The notes under the pieces are model-generated. The model worked only from the letters and a program-made list of their open reading frames with translations, did not search any database and was not told where the DNA came from. From contig CAVUWA010000010.1 in the NCBI GenBank assembly GCA_963744995.1, positions 704,001-768,000 of the forward strand: 64,000 nt of DNA, in the 5' to 3' direction. This DNA comes from Candidatus Eiseniibacteriota bacterium (GTDB taxonomy: Bacteria > Eisenbacteria > RBG-16-71-46). The position numbers and the translations under genes are program-made. Position 1 is the first letter of the stretch, and each line of letters opens with the position of its first letter. Below are positions 13,201-21,877 of this stretch, piece after piece.

Positions 13201-13655
13201 TGCGGCTTTCGGCGGGGGACCGCAACGAGATGCGGCGCCTCGCCGAGGAGCAGCAGCGGATCCGCGAGCAGATCGAGCAGATCCAGAAGGATGACCTTCA
13301 GGAGCAGAAGCTGCTCGGTCGCCTCGACCGGGCGCAGCAGGAGATGAAAGAGGTCGAGGAATCGATCCGCGAAGGCTCGCACCTCGGCGAGTTGCCCGAG
13401 AAGCAGCAGCGCATCCTGTCGCGGCTGCTCGACGCGCAGCGCTCGGTGCACCGCCGCGACTTCGACCCGCAGCGCGAATCGCGCACCGCCGACGAGGTGT
13501 CCGCGCCTTCGCCGCCCGAGCTCTCGCCCGACGTGCTGCGCCAGAGCGACCGGCTGCGGCTCGACCTGCTCAAAGCCGAGTCCGACCGCTATCCCGCGCA
13601 GTACCGGGCGTTCATCGAGACCTACCTGCGCTCGCTGAACGGGGCCCGCAAATGA
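10269..13655 (+). CDS. DUF4175-like membrane-anchored protein with long Gln/Glu-rich coiled coil
   Basis: Three N-terminal TMs, PAYARL, DDLGLS, about 600 aa coiled coil, ILSRLLDAQRS and YPAQYRAFIETYLRSL end. Confidence 0.8.
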   Translation: MTPRKPTRQPLRIALARHHGRVRRALLARLALRAAAGGAALVVLAVALGMLLPLLPATAFARLALVVAGGLALAAAAALAFRRTVPGFDGYLERIEQRFPELRSWLRNALDFERRPPVHGSAELAEAVAEQTAVRFQGVKVETLTPAVRPRAPVFAMAGAMLAIVLLGIASPARVSRSWQTLWNPAIAAPPVRLAVEPGSVKVTPGAALAVRARVWGSAQRPRIERSGEREVAAASEGTDAAGARVWRFDLAQLTRAQRYRVKVAGTASPAYEITLAGEPQALSFTFEYVAPAYARLPDQRGASTRGDLTALRGSRATVEVTFDRDLEKLGATLPDGTDGAWTALTPRRWKGVVPIDVEGEYELHAQAAAGSADFRYRVSPIGDAPPILTVITPETDLDLPAGQQIPLEVVGQDDLGLSELRLQFRKDPAAAWSSRTLARFDDEPREAHVTSRWDAAPLALLPGETATFRFEMFDDNRVSGRGRTVSPEFELRFPSMADLYQQIDRSQQGVQQALEKVSDRARDLQKSLDRMSHQQPPQPQRSSAKASPDFERTEEMKRTLEQQQDLTRQIDQAVQDLRQSLEHSAERQAFNEELQRKMRELSELMQQIQSQELRDAMRRMQQALEQMDPQQMERNLTSMKEQNEKMLEQLDRSIELLKQLREEEKMQALARRAEELKRQQDALNDAHDRQAQKADAKDADSKKPDSKEGDAKQNPEAANEDLARRQERAAEQTDQLATDVKEMQQNLERPAEKDAMQQAARELEQQAASQQRLAAQQAQQNQSGQAGKSGEKASESLEHAAKQLQQMAQQREQEREGVDLAAVRRAAKDLVSLQRSAEENMTSAPDAPERADRQTDLSEGVARVADSLYTLAKRSPFITQNLAQSLGRAMENLSTSGKELASGNRRRGENSGREAAESLNEAILELRKSEDAMCKKPGSSGGQRSRSTEQRLGEMGEQQSQVNRETRSLAQRLSEQMRLSAGDRNEMRRLAEEQQRIREQIEQIQKDDLQEQKLLGRLDRAQQEMKEVEESIREGSHLGELPEKQQRILSRLLDAQRSVHRRDFDPQRESRTADEVSAPSPPELSPDVLRQSDRLRLDLLKAESDRYPAQYRAFIETYLRSLNGARK

Positions 13656-13707
13656 CGCCCTGCGGCGCGTGCCTCCGTTCGGACACCGGCCCGCGGACCC
13701 GCGCCTC

Positions 13708-15363
13708 GTGAGCGCCCGCCGCCTCGCGCTCGCGGCGCTCCTCGTCCTGTCGGCCGGGGCGGGGCTTCCCGCCGCGCACGCGCAGACGGGCGTGTCGATC
13801 GTGCCGACCCGCCGCTCGGGAAGCGTCCTGATCCTCAATCGACAGCCGGCGATCAGCCAGCACGCGCAGACGCCCCTCACCCCCGAGCAGACGGCCCGGC
13901 TGCGACAGGCCCAGGTGCTGCGCCACGACGGGCGCACGCGCGAAGCGCGTCGCGTCCTCGACGACCTCATGCGCGAGACGCCGGCGAACGCGCTGGTGCT
14001 CACCGAGATGGGCCAGCTGCTGCTGGCCGACGGCGACTTCCTCGGGCTCGAGCGCATGGCACGCCGCGAGCGCGAGGCGCAACGCGACACGCTGCTGCTC
14101 GGCCACGAGCTGGCGACCGCCTACGAGCGTCTGGGCAACGTCGCACGCGCCGCGGAAGTCGTGAGCGACATGTGGATCGTGGCGCCGGCCGAAGCCGACT
14201 GGATCCGCTCCACCCTCGACCGCCTCTATCCCGCCGCGCCCGCGGGTGTCACCCAGGCGCTGCGCGGGGCGTTCCGCGCCCGGCCCGGGCGCAGCGACAT
14301 CGCGCTCGCGCTGGCACGGCTCGAATGGCGCCGGCAGGACGTGAACGGCATGCTGGACGTGCTGCGTGCCGCCGATCGCAACGGCCAGCGGCCGCCGCTG
14401 CGCTGGGGCTTCGCCGAATCCCTGCTGCGCGGCGCGAACGCCGCCGACTCGAGCGGCGCGCTCGAGGCGCTCGTGGACCTGGCCGGCGATCAGGGCGTGG
14501 ACCTCACCTACCGGACCCCCGCCGCGCGGCGCGCGTGGGCGATGTTCCGCTCGCTGGGCCGCGAGACCGAGGGCGCAAAGCGCGTTGCGGAGGCGCTGCA
14601 CGACCTGCCGGCGGACCGCTGGGATGCCAGCTTCGTCGTCGAGATCGCGCGGGCCCTGCGGGAGGGCGGCCGCACCACCGATGCGCGGCACCTGATGGCG
14701 CCGTTCGACGATCGCGCCGCGCTGGTCCCCGAGCTGGCGATCGAGCGCGCGCTGGCCGACCTGCGCGACGGCCCGCCGGAACGCGCCTTCCCCGCGCTCG
14801 AGGCCACTGCGGGCGCGTCGCAGGATGGACTGTTCTTCCTGGCGGAGGCGCGCTTCTTCGCGGGCGACATCGATTCGGCGCTCGCCGCCTACAAGCGCGT
14901 CGTGCAGCAGCCGCGCGGGCCGCATGCCGGTGCGGCGTTCGAGCGCATCTATCTGCTCGAGGACACCGAGCCGCGCGCCGCGCTGCCTGCATTCGGGCGC
15001 ATGGCGTATGCGGAGTGGCGCGGCGAGACGCAGGACGCGCTGGCGATCGCCGATTCGCTGTATCGCTCGCTGCCGCGCGGCGAGCTGTGGAGCCACGCCG
15101 CGCTCGACCTGGCGGCGGATCACGAGAAGATCGGCGAGCGCGAGGCGGCGCTCGGCCCGCTGCTCGCCGTGGCCGACTCGATGCCCGAGGCGCGACTCGC
15201 CTCGCTCGCCCGCCAGCGCGCCGGCGAGATCTATCTTGCGCTCGGCAACGACGCGGCCGCGATGCATCAGTTCGAGGAGTGCCTTGCGCGTTACCCGCGC
15301 GCGTGGAACGCTCCGGAGGTCCGCAGGAAGCTCGAGGCCATGCGAAGGGAGCGAAGGCTGTGA
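13708..15363 (+). CDS. Exported TPR protein
   Basis: Signal peptide (..AAHAQ) and helical TPR-like repeats; start uncertain (13669 or 13708). Confidence 0.7.
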   Translation: MSARRLALAALLVLSAGAGLPAAHAQTGVSIVPTRRSGSVLILNRQPAISQHAQTPLTPEQTARLRQAQVLRHDGRTREARRVLDDLMRETPANALVLTEMGQLLLADGDFLGLERMARREREAQRDTLLLGHELATAYERLGNVARAAEVVSDMWIVAPAEADWIRSTLDRLYPAAPAGVTQALRGAFRARPGRSDIALALARLEWRRQDVNGMLDVLRAADRNGQRPPLRWGFAESLLRGANAADSSGALEALVDLAGDQGVDLTYRTPAARRAWAMFRSLGRETEGAKRVAEALHDLPADRWDASFVVEIARALREGGRTTDARHLMAPFDDRAALVPELAIERALADLRDGPPERAFPALEATAGASQDGLFFLAEARFFAGDIDSALAAYKRVVQQPRGPHAGAAFERIYLLEDTEPRAALPAFGRMAYAEWRGETQDALAIADSLYRSLPRGELWSHAALDLAADHEKIGEREAALGPLLAVADSMPEARLASLARQRAGEIYLALGNDAAAMHQFEECLARYPRAWNAPEVRRKLEAMRRERRL

Positions 15364-16928
15364 TGCGATTCATCCACACGGGCGGCCGCCCCGCGAAGCA
15401 ACCGGGTCCGCTGCGGATCCTCGGCGCCCTGGCCGCAACGATCGTGGCGCTGGTCGTCGCCGCGTGCGCCGCGCTGGCCATGGGCGCCGCCTGGCTGTTC
15501 ATCAGGCGCCGGGCGCGCGCCCGGTTCGGTGGCCGCGCCGCGCGCGCCGGAACGGGGCGCCGCGCGGCGGGCGGCGCACGTCCCGATCCGCGGGTCGCTC
15601 CGGGCGGCAGGGACCGTGCCGGGCACGGCGAGCACGAGCGCTCGTGGGCCGAAGTGGTCGAGATGCTGCCGATCGTGCTGCTCGGCGCCCTGCTGCTCTC
15701 GGGCGCCGCCGCGCTCGCGCCGACGAGCGTGGACGCCAGGATCCTGGTGCCGATGGACGACCGTCAGACCGACCACCTCAAGGCCTACGGTCTCACCTAC
15801 TGGGTGCTCGGCCGCGGGCAGAAGGCGGAATGGCTGCTCAACTACCGCGGCGGCTCGTTCCTGCTCGAAGACGATCCGGAAACGGAGCGCGAGGCCAACG
15901 TGCGCGGCGTGGCGTTCGAGCCGTTCAGCGGTGCCGACGACGCGGCGCTGCGCGCGACGATCGCCGACAACAACATGGAGAGCGTCGTGCTGGAGAAGGC
16001 GCCCCGCGTCGCCGTCTACATTCCGGAGAACACGCCGCCCTGGGACGACGCCGTGACGCTGGCGCTCAAGTACGCCGACATCCCGTACACGACGGTCTGG
16101 GACGAGGAAGTGCTGAAGGGGGACCTCAAGAACTACGACTGGCTGCATCTCCACCACGAGGACTTCACCGGTCAACACGGCAAGTTCTACGCCGCCTACC
16201 ACACCTTCCCCTGGTATCAGGAGGAGGAGCGCGTGCAGAAGGCCGAGGCGGCGAAGCTCGGTTTCGACAAGGTGAGCCAGCTCAAGGCGGCGGTGGCGAT
16301 CGCGATCCACGACTGGGTCGGTCACGGCGGCTTCATGTTCGGCATGTGCTCGGCGACCGACACCTACGACATCGCGCTGGCCGCGGCCGGAGTCGACATC
16401 GTCGACTACGTCTACGACGGCGATCCACCGGACCCGAACGCACAGCAGAAGCTGAACTACGGTGCGACGTTCGCCTTCAAGGATTTCCACCTCGACATGG
16501 ACCCGTTCATGTACCGCTTCTCCGACATCGACGTCACGCGCGAGGCGGCGCTGCGCGGGCCCAACGCGGTGTTCACGCTGTTCGACTTCTCGGCGAAGCA
16601 GGATCCCGTGCCGACCATGCTGGTGCAGGATCACGTGAACGCGGTCCCCGAGTTCCTCGGCCAGAGCACGGGGTTCCATCGCTCGAAGCTCAAGAGCGGC
16701 GTGCTGGTGCTCGGCGAGGTCGAGGGCACCGACGAGGTGAAGTACCTGCACGGTCAGTTCGGCCGCGGCACCTTCACGTTCCTCGGCGGCCACGATCCCG
16801 AGGACTATCAGCACATGGTCGGCGATCCACCCACCGAGCTGTCGCGCTACAAACACTCGCCCGGCTACCGGCTGATCCTCAATAACGTGCTGTTCCCGGC
16901 GGCCGAGAAGAAGAAGCAGCGCACGTAG
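15363..16928 (+). CDS. Conserved exported protein of the FCB family often mislabelled 'asparagine synthetase B' (GATase1-like)
   Basis: ILVPMD..HLKAYG, WLLNYRGGSF, PWDDAV, YDWLHLHHEDFTGQ, GMCSATD, GGHDPEDY and GYRLILNN; start 15363 (TGATG overlap) or 15663. Confidence 0.75.
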   Translation: MRFIHTGGRPAKQPGPLRILGALAATIVALVVAACAALAMGAAWLFIRRRARARFGGRAARAGTGRRAAGGARPDPRVAPGGRDRAGHGEHERSWAEVVEMLPIVLLGALLLSGAAALAPTSVDARILVPMDDRQTDHLKAYGLTYWVLGRGQKAEWLLNYRGGSFLLEDDPETEREANVRGVAFEPFSGADDAALRATIADNNMESVVLEKAPRVAVYIPENTPPWDDAVTLALKYADIPYTTVWDEEVLKGDLKNYDWLHLHHEDFTGQHGKFYAAYHTFPWYQEEERVQKAEAAKLGFDKVSQLKAAVAIAIHDWVGHGGFMFGMCSATDTYDIALAAAGVDIVDYVYDGDPPDPNAQQKLNYGATFAFKDFHLDMDPFMYRFSDIDVTREAALRGPNAVFTLFDFSAKQDPVPTMLVQDHVNAVPEFLGQSTGFHRSKLKSGVLVLGEVEGTDEVKYLHGQFGRGTFTFLGGHDPEDYQHMVGDPPTELSRYKHSPGYRLILNNVLFPAAEKKKQRT

Positions 16929-16938
16929 CGACGCCGCG

Positions 16939-17115
16939 CGCCGGCGCGGACCCCGGCGCCCGGGGGAAAGTCCCTGAAGGGGGGTCGAGCGGCCGCGGCA
17001 GTGGAGCCAGGGATGGCGGGCGCGGACGCGACAAGCGAGGCGCGGCCACGAGGGCCGCGCCGAAGCGTCCCCCCTGAAGGGAGCTTTCCCCCGGGCGCCG
17101 GGGTCCACGCCGGCG
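16939..17115. repeat. Long inverted-repeat element B, related to element A
   Basis: Arms 16939-16975 and 17078-17115 pair with one mismatch and one bulge; core 17003-17021 matches 5537-5555 at 18/19. Confidence 0.85.
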
Positions 17116-17295
17116 TTCCCGCCACGCAATTTCGCCCTCACCCATTGCGGGATGCGTGCGCGCAATTCCCCAATGCTGCGCAAAACCTCTCACCCTGCAA
17201 CCCACCCCGGCGTAAGTGCCTGAAATCGACACGTGGCCCGCGGCTTGCTCGATGCGGGATCAAGTGGGTTGTCCCATGGCCGCGAGGGGGTTCCG

Positions 17296-18843
17296 ATGCG
17301 TACTGTGTTTCTCGCCACGGCGATGTTGCTCGCCGGCGCGCTGCCGGCCACGGCTTCAGACTGGTCTACCTTGCCGGCGATGCCGACCGCGCGATTCGGC
17401 GCGGGCGCTGCGGTGCTCGGCAGCGACTACTACGTGATCGGCGGCAGCGCGGCGACCGATCTTGCCGACGCGAATGTCTGGAACGCGACCTCCGGCACCT
17501 GGTCGGCGGTGAACCCCATGTCCATGACGCGCCAGTTCCCCGGGACGGTCGCGCTCGGCGGGCGCCTGTACGCCATCGGCGGTTATGGCCCGGGCGGCGT
17601 GGCGACCACCAGCGCCGAGCGTTTCGATCCCGGAACGGGCAACTGGAGCCCGATCGCCCCGCTGCCCGACGTGCGTGCGCTCGCGGGCGTGGCCACCGTC
17701 AACGGCATGATCTACGTGCTGAGCGGCGAGGGCGCGGCCGGCGTGCCGCAGGAGAACTGCTTCCGCTACGACCCGTCGAGCAACACCTGGTCCGGGATCT
17801 CCGGCATCGTGCCGGGACGCTCGGGCGCCGCAGCCGCGGTTCTCAACAACGAGATCTATCTGATGGGCGGTGCGTCGGGCCTGCTGCTCTCGAACGTGGA
17901 CATCTACACTCCGGCCACCGGCGCGTGGCGCCCGGGATCCGCGCTGCCCGAGCCGCTGTGGATGCCGTCCGCGGCGACCTTCGAAGGCCGCATCTGGGTG
18001 ATGGGCGGCTTCGATGGCGGCTTCAACCGCAGCGATCGCGTCTACAGCATGGGTACCGACGGCGTATGGCGCGCCGAGACCAGCCTGCCGCTGGCGCTCG
18101 CCGGCGCCGCCGCGGCGTCCGACGGGATGCGCATGGTCGTGGCGGGCGGAATGAACTCGAACGGGCAGCCGGTCGCCGCGGCCGTCGAACGCATGAGCGA
18201 CCTGCCGCCGCCGCCACCGCCACCGCCGCCGGCCTCCGCGGACACGCTGTTCTGTCACGTCGAGGTGGCGCCGCACGTGCTGAATCTCAAGAGCTTCGGA
18301 CGCTGGATCTCCGCCGACATCAGCTCCGAAACGGGCGACGTGGGCGCGATCGACGTCTCCTCGCTCACGCTCGAAGGCGTTGCGGTCGACATGGACGCGC
18401 CCTGGTCGCTGGACGACGGCGTGCTGAGCGTCAAGTTCCCGCGGGCGGACTTCGCCTTCCTCGCCGACGGCGAGCTGGCGCTGAAGCTCGAGGGCCATAC
18501 GAGCGAGGGCGTGGCGGTGTACGGCGAAGGTTCCGTGCTCGTCTCCGGTGGCCATTCGAAGCGGCCCGTGAATCAGCCGATGCCGGCGATGAAGCCGGGT
18601 CGCGGCAACGGGCGTCTGGCGGCCTCGTCCGTCCAGTTCAGCCTCGAAGCGCCCGCGGCCGTGACGATGGACGTGCTCGACGTGCAGGGCCGCCGCCTCG
18701 AGCGTATCGCCGATGGCACGTTCTCGGCGGGGACGCACGAGATCGAGTGGGCCGGCAGCCGCCGCGCCGCCGCGGGCGTGTACTTCGTGCGCGCGCGCTT
18801 CGACGGAGCGATGCAGGTCATGAGGTTCGCCGTCATCCGGTAA
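17296..18843 (+). CDS. Secreted Kelch-repeat protein with FlgD-Ig/T9SS-like C-terminal domain
   Basis: Signal peptide, six GG-containing kelch repeats, poly-Pro linker, VLDVQGRR...W...AAGVYFVR end. Confidence 0.85.
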   Translation: MRTVFLATAMLLAGALPATASDWSTLPAMPTARFGAGAAVLGSDYYVIGGSAATDLADANVWNATSGTWSAVNPMSMTRQFPGTVALGGRLYAIGGYGPGGVATTSAERFDPGTGNWSPIAPLPDVRALAGVATVNGMIYVLSGEGAAGVPQENCFRYDPSSNTWSGISGIVPGRSGAAAAVLNNEIYLMGGASGLLLSNVDIYTPATGAWRPGSALPEPLWMPSAATFEGRIWVMGGFDGGFNRSDRVYSMGTDGVWRAETSLPLALAGAAAASDGMRMVVAGGMNSNGQPVAAAVERMSDLPPPPPPPPPASADTLFCHVEVAPHVLNLKSFGRWISADISSETGDVGAIDVSSLTLEGVAVDMDAPWSLDDGVLSVKFPRADFAFLADGELALKLEGHTSEGVAVYGEGSVLVSGGHSKRPVNQPMPAMKPGRGNGRLAASSVQFSLEAPAAVTMDVLDVQGRRLERIADGTFSAGTHEIEWAGSRRAAAGVYFVRARFDGAMQVMRFAVIR

Positions 18844-18903
18844 CCGCCGACAGACCGGTCCGGACGGACGGCGTCCATACGGGTTCGCGAGGACCCGGCA
18901 ACT

Positions 18904-18933
18904 GAGCGGGGCGTTCAGGGGGACGCCCCGTTC
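18904..18933. terminator. Strong hairpin between convergent genes
   Basis: GAGCGGGGCGTTC-AGGG-GGACGCCCCGTTC; weak U-tract. Confidence 0.4.
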
Positions 18934-19016
18934 TGGTTGGGCGCCGAGCACATGCGCGCCGCGCCGGTGCCTCCCGCGGGCCTGGCGAAACGCCCCGCGG
19001 CCGCACGCCGAGCCGC

Positions 19017-19460
19017 CTACCTCTGCGCGTACGCCTCCGGGTCGTGCCGTTCCATGAAGCGCCCGGGGGCCGCGAGCGGCGTGAAGCCGAACTTCGCGTA
19101 CAGCCCGTGCGCGTCGCGCGTCGCCAGGATCCAGCGCCTGAGCCCCTGCAGCTCGGGGTGGTCGAGCACCGTCTCCATCAGCCACTTCGCCAGCCCACGG
19201 CCGCGGTGGCTCTCGAGCACGAACACGTCGGCGAGATAGGCGAACGTGGCACGGTCGGTGACCACGCGGGCGAACCCGAGCTGCCGTCCGCCTTCGAACA
19301 GACCGAAGTTCACCGAGTGCTCGAGCGAGCGCCGCACGGTCTCGAGCGGGATGCCTTTCGCCCAGTAGGAGTCCGTCAGGTAGCCGTGGATCAGATCGAC
19401 GTCCAGCGCGGCGGCCTCGGTGGTGATCGTGCAGCCGTCGCGCTCCCAGGTGTGCGCCAC
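19017..19460 (-). CDS. GNAT family N-acetyltransferase
   Basis: SYWAKG, GFARVVTDRATFAYLADVFV, HRGRGLAK and AHGLYAKFGF; GTG start after GGAGG. Confidence 0.9.
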   Translation of the reverse strand: MAHTWERDGCTITTEAAALDVDLIHGYLTDSYWAKGIPLETVRRSLEHSVNFGLFEGGRQLGFARVVTDRATFAYLADVFVLESHRGRGLAKWLMETVLDHPELQGLRRWILATRDAHGLYAKFGFTPLAAPGRFMERHDPEAYAQR

Positions 19461-19533
19461 GCGTGCCTCCCCATGCGCGAACGGGGCGCCCGCGGGCGCC
19501 CCGTCACGATGATGCGTTCTGCGGTCTTCGTGC

Positions 19534-21105
19534 CTACGGCGTCCGGCCGCCGCCGGTCGAGTCGGGCGCAGCGCCGCCGCCGCTCGAATCCGGCGGGCTG
19601 CCGGTGCCGCTCGAATCCGGGCTCGTGCCACCGCCACCCGGTGTGCCGGTGCCGCTCGAATCCGGCGCGACGCCGCTGCCGCCATCCCCCGTCTCCGCGG
19701 GCGGCTGACGCTTCTCGAGCTCGGCCGGAACCTCGTCCATGTTGACGATCCGCAGCTCGACGTAACGAGCGCTGTTGCCCACGCCGGCCGCACCGTAGCC
19801 CTTCACCTGCATCTTCACTCTGGCGAAGTCCGGCGTGTTCTTCGCGAACCAGCTCTCCACCGCGGTCGCACGGGCCTGGGACATGCGCAGCGCGCCCGCC
19901 GAATCGCCGCGATCGTCGGTGAAGCCGGCCAGCTCGAATTCGAGGTCCGGGTACTGCCGCATGATCATGCCCAGCTCGCGCAGCAGCGGGAACACCTGCG
20001 GATCCAGATCGCCGCGCGCCGAGACGAAGTCCACGTTCTTGATGCGCACGCGACCGGTCTGCAGCAGCTGCGTCTCGACCGGGCTCAGCTCGTACGGGCA
20101 GCCGAGCGCGTTCACCGCCACCGAGTCGGGCGTGTCCGGGCACTGATCGATGCCGTCGCAGACGCCGTCGCCATCGCTGTCGGTCGAGCAGCCGTTCCCG
20201 TCCACCGTGCAGCCCTTCGGCGTGTCCGGGCACTGGTCGAGGCCGGCCAGCACGCCGTCGCCGTCGAGGTCGGACGGGCAGCCGTGCGCATCCACCGCCG
20301 CCCCGGCCGGCGTGTCCGCGCACTGGTCGAGGCCGTCGCAGACGCCGTCGCCGTCGCTGTCCACCGGGCAGCCGTTTTCGTCCACGACGCAGCCCGCGGT
20401 CGTGTTCTCGCACTGATCGAGACCGTCGAAGACGCCGTCACCATCGCTGTCGATCGGACAGCCGTGCGCGTCGACCCTGGCGCCGAACGGCGTGTCCGCG
20501 CAACGGTCGAGAGCGTCGCGGACGCCGTCGAGGTCGGAGTCCTTCTCGCTGCCGCCGAACACGTACTGCAGTCCGATGCTGGCGGTCATGTGATTGCTGA
20601 ATTCCTTCGGCCCGCGCTCGCGGAACATGATGTCGCGGACCTGGAAGCGGACGTAGGTGCGCTGATTGCGGATGTTCCAGAGCGCGCCGAGGCCGAGGCT
20701 TCCGGCGCCGCGCTCGAGCTTCTCGCCGCGGCCGCCGACGCCGGTGTGGCTCGAGCCGTATCCGGCGCCCACGAGCAGGAACGGCACCACGCGGCCCTCG
20801 GGCGGAAGCAGATGGAACCGGCCGTCGATGCCGGCGTAGGTGAAATTGTGCTTCTGGCCGTCGCCGCTGTCGGCGTCGGAAGGCGCAAAGATCGCCTGTC
20901 CTTCGAGTGTCAGCCACGGCAGGACACGCAGGCCGGCGGCCGCGCCGTAGGCGGGCCCCTCCGAGGTACGGGCGCGATCGTCGGGCTTGAAATATCCGAC
21001 ATGACCCGAGACTTCGATCGGGTTCCCCACGATCTGCCCGGCGGCAGGAACGGCATTCAGCAGGCAGACGGCCGCAACGAGCAGGGCCCCATGAAAGCGG
21101 GTCAT
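19534..21105 (-). CDS. OmpA family protein: beta-barrel, five TSP3 repeats and OmpA C-domain
   Basis: Signal peptide, barrel ending GLQYVFGG, DSDGDGV..D.C repeats, GFTDDRG...SQARA. Confidence 0.85.
   Translation of the reverse strand: MTRFHGALLVAAVCLLNAVPAAGQIVGNPIEVSGHVGYFKPDDRARTSEGPAYGAAAGLRVLPWLTLEGQAIFAPSDADSGDGQKHNFTYAGIDGRFHLLPPEGRVVPFLLVGAGYGSSHTGVGGRGEKLERGAGSLGLGALWNIRNQRTYVRFQVRDIMFRERGPKEFSNHMTASIGLQYVFGGSEKDSDLDGVRDALDRCADTPFGARVDAHGCPIDSDGDGVFDGLDQCENTTAGCVVDENGCPVDSDGDGVCDGLDQCADTPAGAAVDAHGCPSDLDGDGVLAGLDQCPDTPKGCTVDGNGCSTDSDGDGVCDGIDQCPDTPDSVAVNALGCPYELSPVETQLLQTGRVRIKNVDFVSARGDLDPQVFPLLRELGMIMRQYPDLEFELAGFTDDRGDSAGALRMSQARATAVESWFAKNTPDFARVKMQVKGYGAAGVGNSARYVELRIVNMDEVPAELEKRQPPAETGDGGSGVAPDSSGTGTPGGGGTSPDSSGTGSPPDSSGGGAAPDSTGGGRTP
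20095..20544 (-). repeat. Five 90-bp (30-aa) thrombospondin type-3 coding repeats
   Basis: xDxDGDGVxDGLDQCxxTPxGxxVDxxGC(P/S) x5. Confidence 0.9.
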
Positions 21106-21387
21106 GCGATCACTTCCTCCTTGAACCCCGGTCAGGAATGAACCCGGGGCGAGTGCCGCGACCGCTGGGGGCGGCCAAAGACCCCGGGCAAAGACCGGTA
21201 AGTGCTACCATCGGAGTCGCGGAAGGTCAACGGAAACGGGCGGTTCGCGCCCGGCGCCCGCTCTGGCGGGAAAAGTCCGGCGAGCATCCCGATCACCCGT
21301 CCGCCCGGGCGTCACCGGCGGCGGAAACCGCGGAATCGGCCCGTTTCGGCCCGCCCGGAGCGGCAGGTTCGCGTTGAAGGAGGAAGG

Positions 21388-21876
21388 ATGAGCCCGGAAG
21401 ATCGCCGCCGCCTGATCTCGCGTTACGCGGCCGGCTACCAGGAGGTCGCGGACAGTCTCGAAGGTTTCCCGGCCGACGCGATGGGCCACCATCCGTTCAC
21501 GGGCAAATGGAGCGCGCGGGAGATCGTGCACCACCTGGCCGACAGCGAGATGGCTTCGGCGCTGCGGCTGCGCAAGCTCCTCGCCGAGGAATTTCCCGTG
21601 ATCCACGGCTACGACCAGGAAGCGTACGCGATCCTGCTGCGCTACAACCTGCGCGAAGACATCGCGCCGTCGCTCGAGGCATTCCGGGCCGCGCGCGAGA
21701 GCACCGCGCAACTGCTCGGCGGCATGAACGACGAGGACTGGACGCGCGCCGGCTGGCACACCGAGGCCGGTCCCTACAGCGCGACCACCTGGCTCGGGAT
21801 CTACGCCGAGCACGCGCACAACCATGCCGCACAGATCCGACGTCTGCGCGAAGCGGTGACCGGAAAGGGCGACTGA
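21388..21876 (+). CDS. DinB family protein
   Basis: GKWSAREIVHHLADSE, YDQEAYA and HAHNHAAQI; AGGAGG RBS. Confidence 0.85.
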   Translation: MSPEDRRRLISRYAAGYQEVADSLEGFPADAMGHHPFTGKWSAREIVHHLADSEMASALRLRKLLAEEFPVIHGYDQEAYAILLRYNLREDIAPSLEAFRAARESTAQLLGGMNDEDWTRAGWHTEAGPYSATTWLGIYAEHAHNHAAQIRRLREAVTGKGD

Positions 21877-21877
21877 G

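Noticed and set aside
15363..16928. A second asparagine synthetase
   Set aside because: No N-terminal Cys GATase II or SGGLDS motif, and it appears exported
16962..16975. GGGGGAAAGTCC resembling the RNase P GAGGAAAGUCC motif
   Set aside because: It is part of an inverted-repeat arm; I found no downstream RNase P conserved regions and the element is too short
20095..20544. Periodic 90-bp repeats as a CRISPR array
   Set aside because: In-frame, degenerate TSP3 coding repeats; no spacers or cas genes
21268..21282. GGGAAAAGTCCGG as a second RNase P-like motif
   Set aside because: Imperfect match with no P4 partner, and insufficient room before dinB
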